Origin: an uncultured Verrucomicrobiae bacterium
GTDB lineage: Bacteria; Verrucomicrobiota; Verrucomicrobiia; Limisphaerales; Palsa-1400
NCBI GenBank assembly: GCA_963702845.1
Contig: OY969763.1
Span: 4,160,001-4,224,000, forward strand
DNA length: 64,000 nt
Direction of reading: 5' to 3'
Shown: piece by piece, positions 25,403 through 36,332 of the stretch
Numbering within the stretch: the first letter of the stretch is position 1
How the letters are laid out: every line of letters starts with the position of its first letter
Notes under the pieces: generated by a model
The model's database searches: none
What the model saw: only the letters and a program-made list of their open reading frames with translations
Told to the model about the DNA's origin: nothing
Made by a program: the position numbers and the translations under genes

Positions 25403-26268
25403 ATGAAAAAAATCGGTTTAAGTTTGTTCCTCGTGCTTTCGGCGGTGCCTGTTTTCGCGCAGACAAAAACTTCCGCTACACAACTCCCCGAAGTCACTGT
25501 TCATGGCACAAACACCATTTCCGAAAATGATCTCGTCGGAGACAACCATCAACCGGAATGGACCACTCAACGGCGCTTTCCCACCACCCGCATTTACGTC
25601 CTCGCTCCCTGGCAGGCCGAATTCGAGCAATGGTGGAAAGGAAAATTCCTCCGTGGGGGCGGACACGACCACCTTTTCCAATCAGAAGTTGAACTCGGTT
25701 TGCCGCACCGTTTTCAGTTGGATTTTTACGAAAACGTCGCAGTGCCCGACAAAAGCGGTCCAGTCACGATGGCAATCAACTCGAACTCCGTTACGCCCTC
25801 GCCGACTGGGGCAAAATCCCACTGAACCCGACCCTATATGGCGAGTGGAAATTCAACGAACACGATGCCGACGCCTATGAACTCAAACTTCTCCTGGGCG
25901 AAAGCTTTTCCAGCCGTGTGCACTGGGGATTCAACGCATTCTACGAACAGGAAGTGGGCGGTGGCCGTGAATCCGAAACCGGTTTTGCGCAAGGCATCAG
26001 CTACACCCTCATCGATCAAAAGTTGAGCGCTGGAGTCGAAATGAACTTCGAACGCACCTCCGGCCCGAATTTCGACGGCACACCCAACGTCGAATTCCTT
26101 CTCGGCCCCAGCGTGCAATGGCGTCCGACCGCTCGCACTCATCTGGACCTCGTCCCGCTCTTTGGACTCACCCATGATTCCCCGCGCGTGGAAGCCTTCA
26201 TCGTCTTCGGCATCGATCTCGCGCGCGGCCAGAGCCACTATGTCCCGACCTCCGCGTTGTCACGCTGA
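25403..26268 (+). CDS. Secreted/outer-membrane beta-strand-rich hypothetical protein (frameshifted)
   Basis: Signal peptide; amphipathic beta strands across three overlapping ORFs (SEVELGLPHRFQLDFY, EFLLGPSVQWRP). Confidence 0.6.
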
Positions 26269-26302
26269 CAGCTTTCGGGTGTGTCTTTTGCGACGAATTG
26301 CG

Positions 26303-29147
26303 TCACCTTGGCACCTCTCGAAGACGATAAAATTTTTCCGCCTCGAGTCCGTTAGGATCAAGCAAAGTGTTGTTCGAACCAGTTCCTGCCATCGGATCGC
26401 CAAGCGGAAACCAGCCATTGATAAAATCATCACTATATTCCGGCCTGATAAGCTTTCGCCGCATCCGAATTCCATCGAACAAAATCGAACCGCCATCGAT
26501 CATTTGGAACTTAAATGAAGGCCGGTGCAACGCGCACGTATTCGTAAACAAGGAACATTATACCCACTGACGCGCACGACGGATTTAGACCACCCAGCGC
26601 CGAACTCGCATACTCGCCGCAATCGTCTTCGATTCTCCCGGCCAAAGCGAAATATAATTATCCGAGTAAACAACCGGCAGCACCTCGAACCCACCATCGC
26701 CAGCAGTAACTTCGGCACGGACGAAATAAGCGATATTGCTTGGGCTCGAATTCGTCAAAAAAATCGTCGCCATTTCCTGCCCATCCGCCAATCTGCCGGC
26801 AGGCAAACACGATCAGGTTAGTGTTCGACGGAAGATTATTCAGCCCGGTCAAGTTCGCATAACTGCTCACCGACGTATGATACCAATTGGTTACCGTCCC
26901 TAGTTTATCCGGCAAGATGGAATACGCATAAACATTGTCACTCACATTGTGTCCGATTGAATCCGCCAACCGCAATCGAATAAGATAAGTCGTTGTCAGC
27001 CCGCTCGCCCCCGAAATATTCATCGCAGTCGTCGATGTATTCGCCGGAAAATCCATCGTCACCGAATTCGTATAATTCAGCGTTAAAGCAGGGAAGTATA
27101 AACCGACTTCGAAGCAGTAAGATTCGTCGCTGCCACAACGTCGATTGAACACCTTAATATTCGTCGTTTTGTAATCGTAAAGAATGTGAAGCGGCTCCAG
27201 CGCCTTTTTCGTTCCGAAATAACCTCCGCCCGGCTTGAGAAAGTAATCGTACAAATTCCAGTGAACCGATGGCCACGCATTGTTCATCATCCAAAAAATC
27301 GTCCCCTGCGGGAGCGTATACGCGTTTGCTCCAAACGCCTCAAACTGCGCCCGCTGCGTTTCATAATTCAGCATCTGTGCCCGTTGCGCATATTGCGTGA
27401 TATTCGTACAGTCGTTCCATAACGACTCATCACACCCGGCGAATAAAAACTCAGTCCCGCAAAAATTCCCGCGCCAGCGTGATACCCATACACACTCCCG
27501 ATCGGCCACAAATCCGCTGGCGCAATAAATTTCCTCAAACTTTCCTCCGGCGGCACAACCTCCGTCCCTTGCTCAACACAAATCCCAAACGCTCCACCAA
27601 GATTCGTATCCGCATACCAATAAACCGGCGGCTCCCACACATACGGCCCATTCATCTTCGGAACACTCCCGCTCGAGTTATTATAAGAGGCGACATTATC
27701 GAGCGTCGGATTTTGCCAATGCAAAGTCGTCGCGATGTTTTTATACCCCGACAGCACCGAAGGTTTGGCAACTCATCACTCCCATAGGCCCACACCAACG
27801 CGCTCGGATGCGCCCGCATCAAGCCGCATTTGGCTGTTCAGCGAAGCATTCGCCACCGACAAATCTTCCGCACTCCACAAACTCCATTCCGCCCAATACG
27901 TGCAACACACAAATCCCGGCATCAGCATGACACCTGCCCGATCGGCATCCGCGTAAAAATCGTCATTACCGAGAATCCCTTCAAACCGAACCACATTCAG
28001 CCCCATATCGCGCGCATAATTGATATGCGTCTGGTTGATGTTCGTGTCCCAGCGCATGAACATATCCCAAACATACGCCGCGCCGCGCAGCAACAAGATT
28101 CTGCCCATTCACCTTATAGCCGCTGTAAGTCGCCCCATATTCCGACGCCGTCAGATAATCGGTAACCTGACGGATCCCAAAATTCACCGACGCCGCATCA
28201 CTCTGCGTGCCATTAACAGTGAACGTCAGTTGCAGATTATATAGCTCCGGACTGCCCAGCGGAATCGGCCACCACAACGCCGGATTCGTCACCTGCAATT
28301 GCGAAAAAATCGTCGGATCAAAAACAATCTCCCGACGATCATTGGGATTAAGCGTTACATTTTGCGAAAAATTGATGCTCGGATACCCTTGTTTCGTGAT
28401 CAATCCGTTCAAAGTCCCGTTCACCACATTGGTAGTCCCATTCGATGCGTCCACATAAACCGTCAAACTCGCCGAATTCGTCGCCGGCAACGGAAGCACC
28501 GTCTTCACATAAGGATCACGCAACGCCACCGGCCCGGTTGCATCCAATAGCACCTTCCCCCACAGCCCGGCATTCCAATCCGGCGGTTTCGGATTCCAAT
28601 CTGCATACCAAAACGAAAGGTTTGTCCCCGCGCTGCTCGGCGGAGTGATCAGAATAGCCAACACATTCGACCCGCCGTTATTGATGAGACTCGTCACGTT
28701 ATACTCATGCGTGACCATCGTGCCGACCGCATTCGTATCAAGTTGCGTTCCGTTGAGCCAAATTTTCGCCCGATACGCGATGCCCCTAAACCGCAGCCAA
28801 TACTGTCCGCCGGGCGTTGTATTTGTCGGCGCAACAAACTGTCCGCGATACCACCACGTCTGCTTCGTCAAATCCGGCACCGCCTGCAGGTTCGTCCCAA
28901 AAAATAAATTCGTGTAAACATTATTCGTCACCAACCCCGCCATCACCGTCGAGGGCACCGAAATCGGATACCAACCCGAAACGCTATAACCCGGTTGCGA
29001 AATCATCGCGCCACTATCCGCAAGTCCCGTTTGCGTGCGCAGTGACCACCCCGTCGAAAGCTCGGTCGTCTGAGCGCCCAATCGCGCCAACACTGAAAAT
29101 GCCACCACAATGGCTAACAGCTTTCGAAGCACGGAGACAATATTCAT
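26303..29147 (-). CDS. GH2 glycoside hydrolase, exo-beta-D-glucosaminidase (CsxA)-like, multiply frameshifted
   Basis: WYPISVPSTV, WWYRGQF, DWNPKPPD.N.GLW, LWWP..LGSPELY, FGIRQV, MGLNVVRFEG, KMNGPYVW.PP.YWY, WMMNNAWPSVHWNLYDY. Confidence 0.85.
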
Positions 29148-29365
29148 CGCGGTAAAAAGGAGCCAAAAGGCCAGTGGTTGGGTACGGCGTCCATTCGGCC
29201 TGACCATGGTCAATTTTGCAATCCATTTTGCTGACGGTAATTGCTCGCCACATTAAAGGTGAGTTGCGCTTCTCGTCGGCCCCCATCCGCATTTATCCCA
29301 AACGCATAACCGGTGGCACAATCGCCGTTGCGACAGACCGTGGTGAGTGGGATAGATTTCTACAT

Positions 29366-29737
29366 ATGGACATCAACCGAGTTGGTTCACAGCCGTCCGC
29401 TAAAGGCCCGGCGGATTGGTTCACAGGAACGGTACGAATTGATCCGTTGTTCTCAACGACCCCGCCAGCGCGAGTCGCTGGCGCGCGCGCCGCGTGGCAC
29501 ACTCATCCACTTGGCCAGACGCTCATCGTAACCGCCGGATGCGGATGGGCGCAACGCGCGGGCGGCCCAGTTGAAGAAATCCGTCCCGGCGGCACCGTCT
29601 GGTTTCCACCCAGCGAAAAACATTGGCACAGCGCAACGCCCACCACCTCGATGACCCACATCGCCATTCAAGAAAATCTCGACGGAACAGTTGTCGATTG
29701 GATGGAGCACGTCACCGACGCCCAATATCGCAAATGA
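29366..29737 (+). CDS. Cupin-domain protein
   Basis: [45 protein letters not shown]. Confidence 0.85.
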   Translation: MDINRVGSQPSAKGPADWFTGTVRIDPLFSTTPPARVAGARAAWHTHPLGQTLIVTAGCGWAQRAGGPVEEIRPGGTVWFPPSEKHWHSATPTTSMTHIAIQENLDGTVVDWMEHVTDAQYRK

Positions 29738-29744
29738 CTGAGCG

Positions 29745-31019
29745 ATGAAGTTTCGTCCGCCATCAACACCGACACAACGCGACGCAAAAACGACGCAACC
29801 AATCGCTGATGATGAACCGACCGCACCGCCAGATTCCGTCGCCGTAGCTTTGCTGCCGAATATCGGCGCAGTGTTTATAAGTTTTCTCGTCATCGGATTA
29901 GCCATGCCGGTGCTGCCGTTACACGTCCATCAAACACTGGGTTTTGGCGCTTTCATTGTCGGACTCGTTGCCGGCAGTCAATTCACTGCCTCCCTGCTTT
30001 TGCGATTATGGGCAGGCCATTTCGCGGATACACGCGGGGCCAAACGCGCCGTCGTCATCGGGCTGTTGATCGCTGCGTTTTCCGGCCTGATTTATTTGCT
30101 CTCATTCTACCTCGCGCGCGTGCCGGTCACGTCCGTCACTATTTTGATTGTCGGCAGAGGATTCCTCGGTGCCGCAGAAAGCTTTATCATCACCGGATCG
30201 CTCGGCTGGGGAATGGCGCTGTGTGGCCGGTCGAATGCAGGAAAAGTCATCTCTTGGGTTGGAATGGCAATGTATGCCGCGTTTGGCATTGGAGCGCCGC
30301 TTGGCAGTTTAATCTATGAACGCTATGGATTCATTGCCGTTGCGCTCGCGACGTTGATCCTGCCGTTAGTCGCGCTGTTCGTCGCCGCTCCGGCGCGCGG
30401 TGTCACTCCCATCCCGACCGCGGCTCGCTCGTCCTTCAGCGCCGTGGCAGCAGCCGTCATGATTCCCGGCATTGGCCTTGCGTTTAGCAGCGTTGGCTTC
30501 GGCGCGATCACGACATTCATTGCCCTATTGTTTGTCAAACAAGGCTGGGGACCTGTCTGGTTGGCGTTCACCATCTTGAGCATCTCATTCATTTTGTGTC
30601 GCCTGTTCTTTAGTCAGCTTCCGGACAAACTCGGTGGCGCAAAAGTCGCTTTGGCCTTCGTGATTATTGAAACCATCGGCCAGGCATTGATCTGGCTTGC
30701 GCCTACAACCCCAGTGGCCCTCATTGGTGTAGGGCTGACAGCGTTCGGTTACTCACTCGTCTACCCGGGATACGGACTCGAAGCCGTCCGTCGCGTCCCG
30801 CCTGAAAACCGCGCCTTGGCCATGGGCACCTTCACCGCATTCCTCGATTTAGCCTTGGGACTCTCTGGCCCCGCGTTAGGCCTCATCGCCGGCGCATACG
30901 GTTTCCGTTCCGTCTTCCTCGTCAGCACAATGCTCGTCCTCGGCTCCGCCGCCATCGCCATCTCACTCCTGTTCACCAACCGAAAAAATGCGGACGTTCG
31001 CAGCGCTGGAGGTCATTGA
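29745..31019 (+). CDS. MFS transporter (YfcJ/YhhS-like)
   Basis: About 12 TM segments, G.FAD.RGAKR motif A, GYSLVYPG.GLEA, AFLDLALG. Confidence 0.88.
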   Translation: MKFRPPSTPTQRDAKTTQPIADDEPTAPPDSVAVALLPNIGAVFISFLVIGLAMPVLPLHVHQTLGFGAFIVGLVAGSQFTASLLLRLWAGHFADTRGAKRAVVIGLLIAAFSGLIYLLSFYLARVPVTSVTILIVGRGFLGAAESFIITGSLGWGMALCGRSNAGKVISWVGMAMYAAFGIGAPLGSLIYERYGFIAVALATLILPLVALFVAAPARGVTPIPTAARSSFSAVAAAVMIPGIGLAFSSVGFGAITTFIALLFVKQGWGPVWLAFTILSISFILCRLFFSQLPDKLGGAKVALAFVIIETIGQALIWLAPTTPVALIGVGLTAFGYSLVYPGYGLEAVRRVPPENRALAMGTFTAFLDLALGLSGPALGLIAGAYGFRSVFLVSTMLVLGSAAIAISLLFTNRKNADVRSAGGH

Positions 31020-31307
31020 CTCCCCTGCGTGGTAGAGTTCCGTGGGATTACACGGTTAGCATCAACAGAACAAATTTCGTCGCGTAGTGACGATGAACCC
31101 GTAATTAGAAGCTAAGCACCAAATGGCTGCCACCCTTTCACCCAACACAGGTGAGGAACAGTTCGTAATAGAACTTAACGCGCCTGCGGGGTATGCAACT
31201 GACGCGGGATATGAAGATCGATCCACCTGCGCGGAAAACACTGGGATGGCGACCACACGTTTCCACTCAACACCTCGGTTTGCGGCATCTGGTTGTGAGC
31301 AGCCGAT

Positions 31308-31598
31308 TTGAAGACACTTCGAGACCACATTTCGAATTGGCTTCGTCAGCCGCTACCTCTTCTGAACGGTAATGAGTTGGCTTCGGAATTCCAGTTGGCC
31401 CGCCTCCCCGGCCAGAGCCTTCGCATTCACTTCCGTCCAAAGATCGATACGACTTATGACCCAATTCCCGTAGTCACAATTGCGTTCTCAGCCGGAGGAT
31501 TGCAGGGAGAGTTTCACTTTATCACCGACCAATCCTGTCTCGGATTATTCGTGCAGGAATTGTCAGCGGAAGTGCGGGAGAACAAAAACTCAGTCTGA
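31308..31598 (+). CDS. Small hypothetical protein
   Basis: 96-aa ORF with protein-like composition; no recognisable motif. Confidence 0.3.
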   Translation: MKTLRDHISNWLRQPLPLLNGNELASEFQLARLPGQSLRIHFRPKIDTTYDPIPVVTIAFSAGGLQGEFHFITDQSCLGLFVQELSAEVRENKNSV

Positions 31599-31626
31599 TT
31601 GCCAAACCGCAGACAATTACCTGCGT

Positions 31627-32173
31627 TTAGCATTGGGCGGCTTTCCACTTCCGCATGAGCTCATCTCGAAACCAAGCAGCATGTTCAGGACTAGAAAAGC
31701 AGCTACGTGGGAAGTAATGAACATTGTTATCGGTTACGAAAACGAAAAGGTAGTTTCGACTGCCCGCTATGCGATGAAAGCCAGCCCACCTGTAAACAGA
31801 CTCATTGACTCGTGTTTTTTCGAGCAGACCGTCCTCGCGAATCTCATACTCGTGTTCGCCAACTACGCCACGGTTGTTATTCGTCAACAGGAGAACAAAT
31901 TGTAGTGCCACGTTGCAAACCAACATTACACACAGCGCAATGCAGGCCGAAATAGCAACGTAGAACACCTTAAAAACAATCGACTCTTGCGTGTTTTCAG
32001 GATTGTTCAGGTTCAAAAGAGGAATAGCCAAAGCCATTCCGACACAAAAACGTCATCAGCACTCGGTGATGCAGCACATACCACATTCGGCACTTGAGCA
32101 CGTCCCACCTAGTAAGCGTGCATCGAATCACGTGCGTGTGGGACAGTATTGGCGGAACGGTTGGTTGATTCAT
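31627..32173 (-). CDS. YcxB-like membrane protein (probable frameshift near the 5' end)
   Basis: TM segment then GVVGEHEYEI.EDGL.E...W......Y.FV......FPR..F pattern. Confidence 0.6.
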
Positions 32174-32406
32174 GATTTTTGACCCGGTTGTCTAGGCAAC
32201 AATACTAAAACCACTTGGCAAACTGGAAAGCAAATCTATCGTTAACCTCATCAGTCTGCCATGGCCGCGATTTTCATCACATCTTTCGACAACTCAGGGC
32301 AGGCAAATCGATTCAGCAACTCATTCGGTCGGATCAGCCATTTACGAAATAATGTCCACAGGACCGCAAACCGAACACAGCATTTCGGGATTCTGTTGAC
32401 GGAAGT

Positions 32407-32948
32407 TCAAAAGGCAACCTCTCCGCCAGCGCTCCGCAACGATGGTTCCGCCAACGCATCACGAATCGTTTTCACCGGCAGAAACAACTCAAGCTCATTC
32501 GACGGCATCGAAATAAATCCGAATTGCTCGTAATATCGCTTGGCCTGTTGATCTTTCGCATCCACAAAAAGACCGATCCCACCCGCCGAGTTGAAATTTC
32601 CATAAACTTCTCCATTGCCGCAACCAACAATATTTTCCCGATGCCTTGCCGTTGCGACATCTTGGCAACGGCCAATCGCCCCAACCGAATGCCAGCTACA
32701 TCCCGCGGCAGTTTTTTCGCCTCAACCGGCGTGAGTGACTCTGACTTTATTTGGCAAATGTTCAGTGAAAAGAAACCAAGAATCGGCTTCGGCTCGACTG
32801 CCTCCGCATCGATCAAAACGAATGTGCGCGAAATTCCCCGCTCCGCGTGTTGCCGCGCCGTCTGTTTCAGAAACAAGTTCAGAGGCTCACTCCCGCAGTC
32901 GAACCCGTCTCGATCGTGAGACTTCGCCAGCAATTCAATCTTACGCAC
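32407..32948 (-). CDS. GNAT acetyltransferase toxin (TacT/AtaT-like); C-terminal frameshift
   Basis: HDRDGFDCGSEPLNLFL, LGRLAV, QRQGIG; corrected frame gives LFVDAKD...YYEQFGF. Confidence 0.88.
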
Positions 32949-33225
32949 GCACCGTGCCCTTAAACGCTTTCACGGCGTCCTTCAAACGCGTGTTGGGTTT
33001 GGGCGGATGATCCAGCAGGGCCAGCACTTGGCGCGCGTCTTTCTGGGAAAGTCGAATGACCGACTCGCGCTCAATCACCCGTTGCGCCTCCAAATACGCC
33101 GTTTGCACTACGAACTGGTTCACCGTCGAACCCAATAGCTCCGCCGCCTGCTCCAACGTGTCTCGCACGCTATCAGACACGCGAGCGGTAATCCTCTTGC
33201 GAGGCTCTTCTAATACACGTTCCAT
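32941..33225 (-). CDS. DUF1778 ribbon-helix-helix antitoxin (TacA/AtaR-like)
   Basis: RITARV....LEQAA.L.G.TVNQFV....A..VI.....I.LS.......L..PP.PN.RL; overlaps toxin start. Confidence 0.9.
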   Translation of the reverse strand: MERVLEEPRKRITARVSDSVRDTLEQAAELLGSTVNQFVVQTAYLEAQRVIERESVIRLSQKDARQVLALLDHPPKPNTRLKDAVKAFKGTVRA

Positions 33226-33232
33226 ATCTACA

Positions 33233-33251
33233 TGGTGTCACTTTGGCACCA
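33233..33251. promoter_or_regulatory. Inverted repeat, probable TA operator
   Basis: tggtgtca-ctt-tggcacca (one mismatch), 7 bp upstream of the antitoxin start. Confidence 0.6.
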
Positions 33252-33318
33252 GCTCGTCAACCGTGAAGGTATTGAACGCTGATCTTCGGCTCCAGTTGAT
33301 TGGTCCCTTCGCGAATCT

Positions 33319-33957
33319 CTATTCCTGCGCCTTCACCGTGGCAGCAACCTTCATCACTTCCTTTGTCAATTCCGTGATCCGCCCCCAATTCCTCTCCGCA
33401 ATCAACTTCCGATCCGCCAGCCACGTCCCACCGATCGCCGCCGTCGCCGACATTGAAAGATACTCCGCCGCATTCGCCTGACTGACACCGCCCATCGGAA
33501 TGAACTTCACACCCGTGTGCGCAAATGGCGCAGCCAAAGCCTTCAACATCGCCGGCCCGCCAAGCACGCCCGCGGGGAACAACTTCAAAATGTAGCACCC
33601 CAACTCAATCGCCCGATCCGTTTCAGTTGGCGTCATCACCCCGGGAATAAACGGCACCTTCAAATCGCGCGCCGCCGTAACGACTTTTTCATTCAACCCC
33701 GGAGCAACAGCAAAAGTAGCCCCAGCATCAATCGCCTGCTTAAGCTGATCAGTCGAAAGCACAGTCCCCGCCCCAACATGCATCTGCGGAAACGTTTTCC
33801 GAATTGCGGCAATACTCGCCAGCGCACAACTAGTCCGCAACGGCACCTCGAGCATATCGAGCCCGCCCGCCAACAACGCTTCACAAACCGGCAACGTATC
33901 TTCGATCCGATCAAAGATGGCGATGTAGATGACCCTACGCTGCAACAGCACTTTCAT
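33319..33957 (-). CDS. eda: KDPG/KHG aldolase
   Basis: EVPLRT, VGAGTV, F.V.PG, PGVMTPTE, KLFPA, P.GGV. Confidence 0.92.
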   Translation of the reverse strand: MKVLLQRRVIYIAIFDRIEDTLPVCEALLAGGLDMLEVPLRTSCALASIAAIRKTFPQMHVGAGTVLSTDQLKQAIDAGATFAVAPGLNEKVVTAARDLKVPFIPGVMTPTETDRAIELGCYILKLFPAGVLGGPAMLKALAAPFAHTGVKFIPMGGVSQANAAEYLSMSATAAIGGTWLADRKLIAERNWGRITELTKEVMKVAATVKAQE

Positions 33958-34089
33958 ATCTCCGGCAATTATGAATTAAGGAACGAACGTTTCCAAGATG
34001 ACAAAACGCTGCGTTGCATCCCCGAAATCATTTCCCTCACTTTGCGCCTTTGCACCTCCGCGTCTTTGCGTTGAACAACACCTTCAATG

Positions 34090-34235
34090 TTGCAAACTTA
34101 GCTACTTCACTGTAAAACAACAAATGCCGACCAACGATGGTCGGCGTGTGGGCCTGACTCCCTTCGAAACGACGAATCCAAGCCCAGCCGCCAGCGGTGC
34201 GCGAAGGCGGATGCTCTTTGAAAATCAACAACTTA
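34090..34235 (+). promoter_or_regulatory. Putative promoter, hairpin, boxA-like motif and IHF-consensus site
   Basis: TTGCAA-17-TAAAAC (34090-34118); hairpin gccgacca-acga-tggtcggc (34126-34145); TGCTCTTTGAAAA (34212-34224); AATCAAcaacTTA (34223-34235). Confidence 0.45.
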
Positions 34236-34363
34236 GATCAAAATTGCTAGCGAGAACCCTTGTAGCAACATTCCCGCATCACAATGGGCAACAATATGAT
34301 CGGACTTCGCCACCCTATTTGACTGGCGAAACCACCGCTATGGGCACACACTTAAGGTAAGGA

Positions 34364-36329
34364 ATGAGCGACCTTCAAGCCATCGAAGCCGCCTTGGTTC
34401 GGGCTGTGCGCCGTCGGCGTTTGCAGCGCGCCTGGGCAAACTTATGGCGTGGGGTTTTCATCGGCGCGCTCCTCTGGCTCGTTGCTCTCTCCGTTTACAA
34501 ACTCGCCCCGGTTCCGTTCTCCATTGTTCCCATCGCGGGTGTTGCTGGACTTGTTTGCGTCATCGCCGGGTTTCTTTATGGCTGGTTTCATCGTCAAACC
34601 ATTCAGCAAACAGCGCGGTGGCTGGATGAAAAACAAAACCTCCAACAACGCCTCAGCACCGCCTTGGAAATGGCCGAAGGCAATCGCGATGAAAATTGGC
34701 GGCAGCTGTTGATTTCCGATGCCGCAAAGTTTGTGGAGAAGTTCGACCCGCGCAAGCTCCTGCCGTTTCACTTGCCCCGCATCAGCCGATGGTCCTTATT
34801 GATTCTCGCGCTCTGTGCCGGCTTGGGTTTCGTGCCCGAATATCGCAGCAAAGCTTATCTCGATAAAAAGCAGGATGCCGAAGTCATCAGAGCAGTCGGC
34901 GACAAACTGGTCGAACTGACCAAACAAAACCTGCAACGCCGCACGCCGATGATGGAACCGGTTCATAAAGCCGTCGAAAACGTCGAGAAAGTCGGTTTGC
35001 AACTTGGCAAGAATCCGATTACCCGCAGCGACGCGCTGAAAGACCTCGCCAAGGTCCAGGAACAGTTGAAGTCGCAAATGAAGGAGCTGGTCAAGAGCCC
35101 GGCCTATAAAGCGCTCGAACGCTCCGCCCGCAATGAAACCAAAGGCGGCAATACGTTGCCCGACCTGCAAAAGAAAATCGACGCCATGCAAAAGGCGCTT
35201 GGCGACAAAGCTAGCGCTGATGCGATGGACAAGCTGAATCAGAAAATGCATCAGGCCAAAGCCGCCGCCGCCGCGATGCCTAACGATGGCTCGGCAAAAT
35301 CCCAAGAGGCCAAAGCCCAGATGGAAAAGATGCTTTCCGAGCTGAACAAGGAAGCAAAGGACATGGGCCAGCAAATTCCAAATCTCGACGCCGCGATTGA
35401 AGCGTTGAAAAAGGGTGAAACAGAAAATTTCGCGAAGGACATGGAAGCAGCCACAACCGATTTGGAAAAGCTGAAGGACATGGCCAAGCAACTTGAATCG
35501 ATGCAGAAGGAAGCCGCGCAGATGGGCAAAGATCTTCCGCAACAATTGCAACGCGGCCAGGCCGAAGCGGCGCAGCAGACTTTGCAGAAGATGATCGAAC
35601 AATTGAAGTCCGGCAAACTGTCCAAGGAAGATGCACAGAAGATGCTCGACGAAGTTTCGCGTTCGGTTGATCCGGCGAGTCCTTACGGCAAAGCGGCAGA
35701 CTTTCTGAAACAAGCGACCAAGGAAATGCAGAACGGACAAAAGCCCGACGCAGCACAATCGCTCGCCAATGCTTCGAAGGAACTTCAGAACGCGATGGAA
35801 CAAATGCAGGACGCTCAATCGATGATGGCGTCGTTGGACGCACTGGACAAAGCCGAGACTGCCATCGCCAATCGCAAGGCATTTGGCACATGTCCGTGGT
35901 GCGGCAAGAAAGGTGGTACGTGAAGCGGTGGCATGTGCGCGAACGGTCGTTCGCGATCAGGCCCGGGAGGGCGAGGCGGGAATGGTGTCGGCACATGGGC
36001 CGATGAAAATGGTTTGTATCCCGGTTGGGCGAATGGCGAGAACACCGAAAACCGACCGGACATGGCTGGTAAAGGCCAGACGGACCGTGGCGATGGCCAA
36101 CTCGCCCAAAACCTGAATCCTGAAAAAGTTCACGGACAAGTCAGTCCTGGCGGCCAGATGCCGAGCATCACGCTCAAAGGTTTAAGCATCAAAGGAAACA
36201 GTTCAGTGGAGTAACCAGGAAGCCGCCAGTGCCGCACAAAGCGAAGCGCAGAGCGCGCTGAATCACGACCAGGTGCCGCGCGCTTACCAAGGCGCGGTGA
36301 AGGATTACTTCGACGATCTCAAGAAGTAG
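34364..36329 (+). CDS. Membrane-anchored long coiled-coil protein (DUF4175-like) with in-frame TGA at 35921 (possible selenocysteine) and a +1 indel at ~36213
   Basis: 3 TMs, RLSTALE motif, Q/K/M-rich coiled coil, CPWC...(TGA)...C cluster, Gly-rich linker; corrected end VPRAYQGAVKDYFDDLKK*. Confidence 0.75.
35938..35955 (+). other. Candidate bacterial SECIS hairpin
   Basis: cgcgaac-GGTC-gttcgcg, perfect 7-bp stem; the loop begins 21 nt after the in-frame TGA. Confidence 0.5.
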
Positions 36330-36332
36330 AAC

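Noticed and set aside
29470..29500. Cupin lacking the usual ~8-residue VTFEPG segment as a novel variant
   Set aside because: Falls in a gcgcgcgc run where an assembly or slippage deletion is likely; cannot be judged without reads
36205..36220. Second read-through stop (TAA) in the coiled-coil gene
   Set aside because: Removing one A restores ...VEYQEAA... in another frame, so this is an indel, unlike the TGA at 35921
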